A DNA stretch of 61,571 bases, the filler included, from Choristocarpus tenellus KU-1152 (taxonomy: Eukaryota > Protista > Phaeophyceae): the NCBI GenBank assembly GCA_964200185.2. It is 12 parts of 12 records of this genome, joined end to end, with 100 filler letters (N's around TTAATTAATTAA, not from the genome) between each part and the next. Parts side by side here need not be neighbours in the genome. Positions count along the whole stretch, not along the records: positions 54,854 to 61,571 come from CAXNAD020007492.1; 11 more parts are not named here. One strand, written 5' to 3'. Under the pieces are notes generated by a model that was not told the DNA's origin, did not search any database, and saw nothing but the letters and a program-made list of their open reading frames with translations. Every line of letters begins with the position of its first letter. Position 1 is the first letter of the stretch. Position numbers and translations under genes: made by a program. Below are positions 61,548 to 61,571 of the stretch, one piece after another.

Positions 61548-61571
61548 GGGTCAAAGTATCTGGGGGGGGGG
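61548..61571. mobile_element. MITE family 2-type terminal fragment at window end
   Basis: gggtcaaagtatctggggggggggg. Confidence 0.75.

Overview
Eukaryotic genomic DNA with GT-AG introns and TTAGGG-type repeats. The gene and transposon style suggests a photosynthetic stramenopile or brown-alga-like organism, but this is inference only. The window is not one locus: it is 12 contigs joined by 11 artificial 100-bp linkers (44 N + TTAATTAATTAA + 44 N). Host genes recognisable after manual splicing are a partial sacsin-like gene (6 exons), a large acidic disordered protein 3' end, the last exon of a CimA/LeuA-family synthase, an eIF4G-like MA3-domain gene, a Tubby-domain gene, a complete 5-exon SOUL heme-binding gene and a divergent membrane-protein gene. 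Much of the rest is transposon debris: two related Ty3/Gypsy copies, one Ty1/Copia, CRE-like and RTE-like LINE remnants and a TA-targeting TIR element. There are also 16 copies or fragments of two MITE families that share a bipartite end (CAAAGTATCT plus GTCCATTTGG) and make 3-4 bp target-site duplications (TSDs). The most notable observations are the shared-end MITE system, a four-level nested insertion, an in-frame UAG plus hairpin at the Gypsy gag-pol junction (candidate readthrough), and a ~597-codon unknown ORF that reassembles exactly when two MITEs are removed. No rRNA, tRNA or CRISPR array was seen. All family assignments come from motif recognition by eye, not from database searches.
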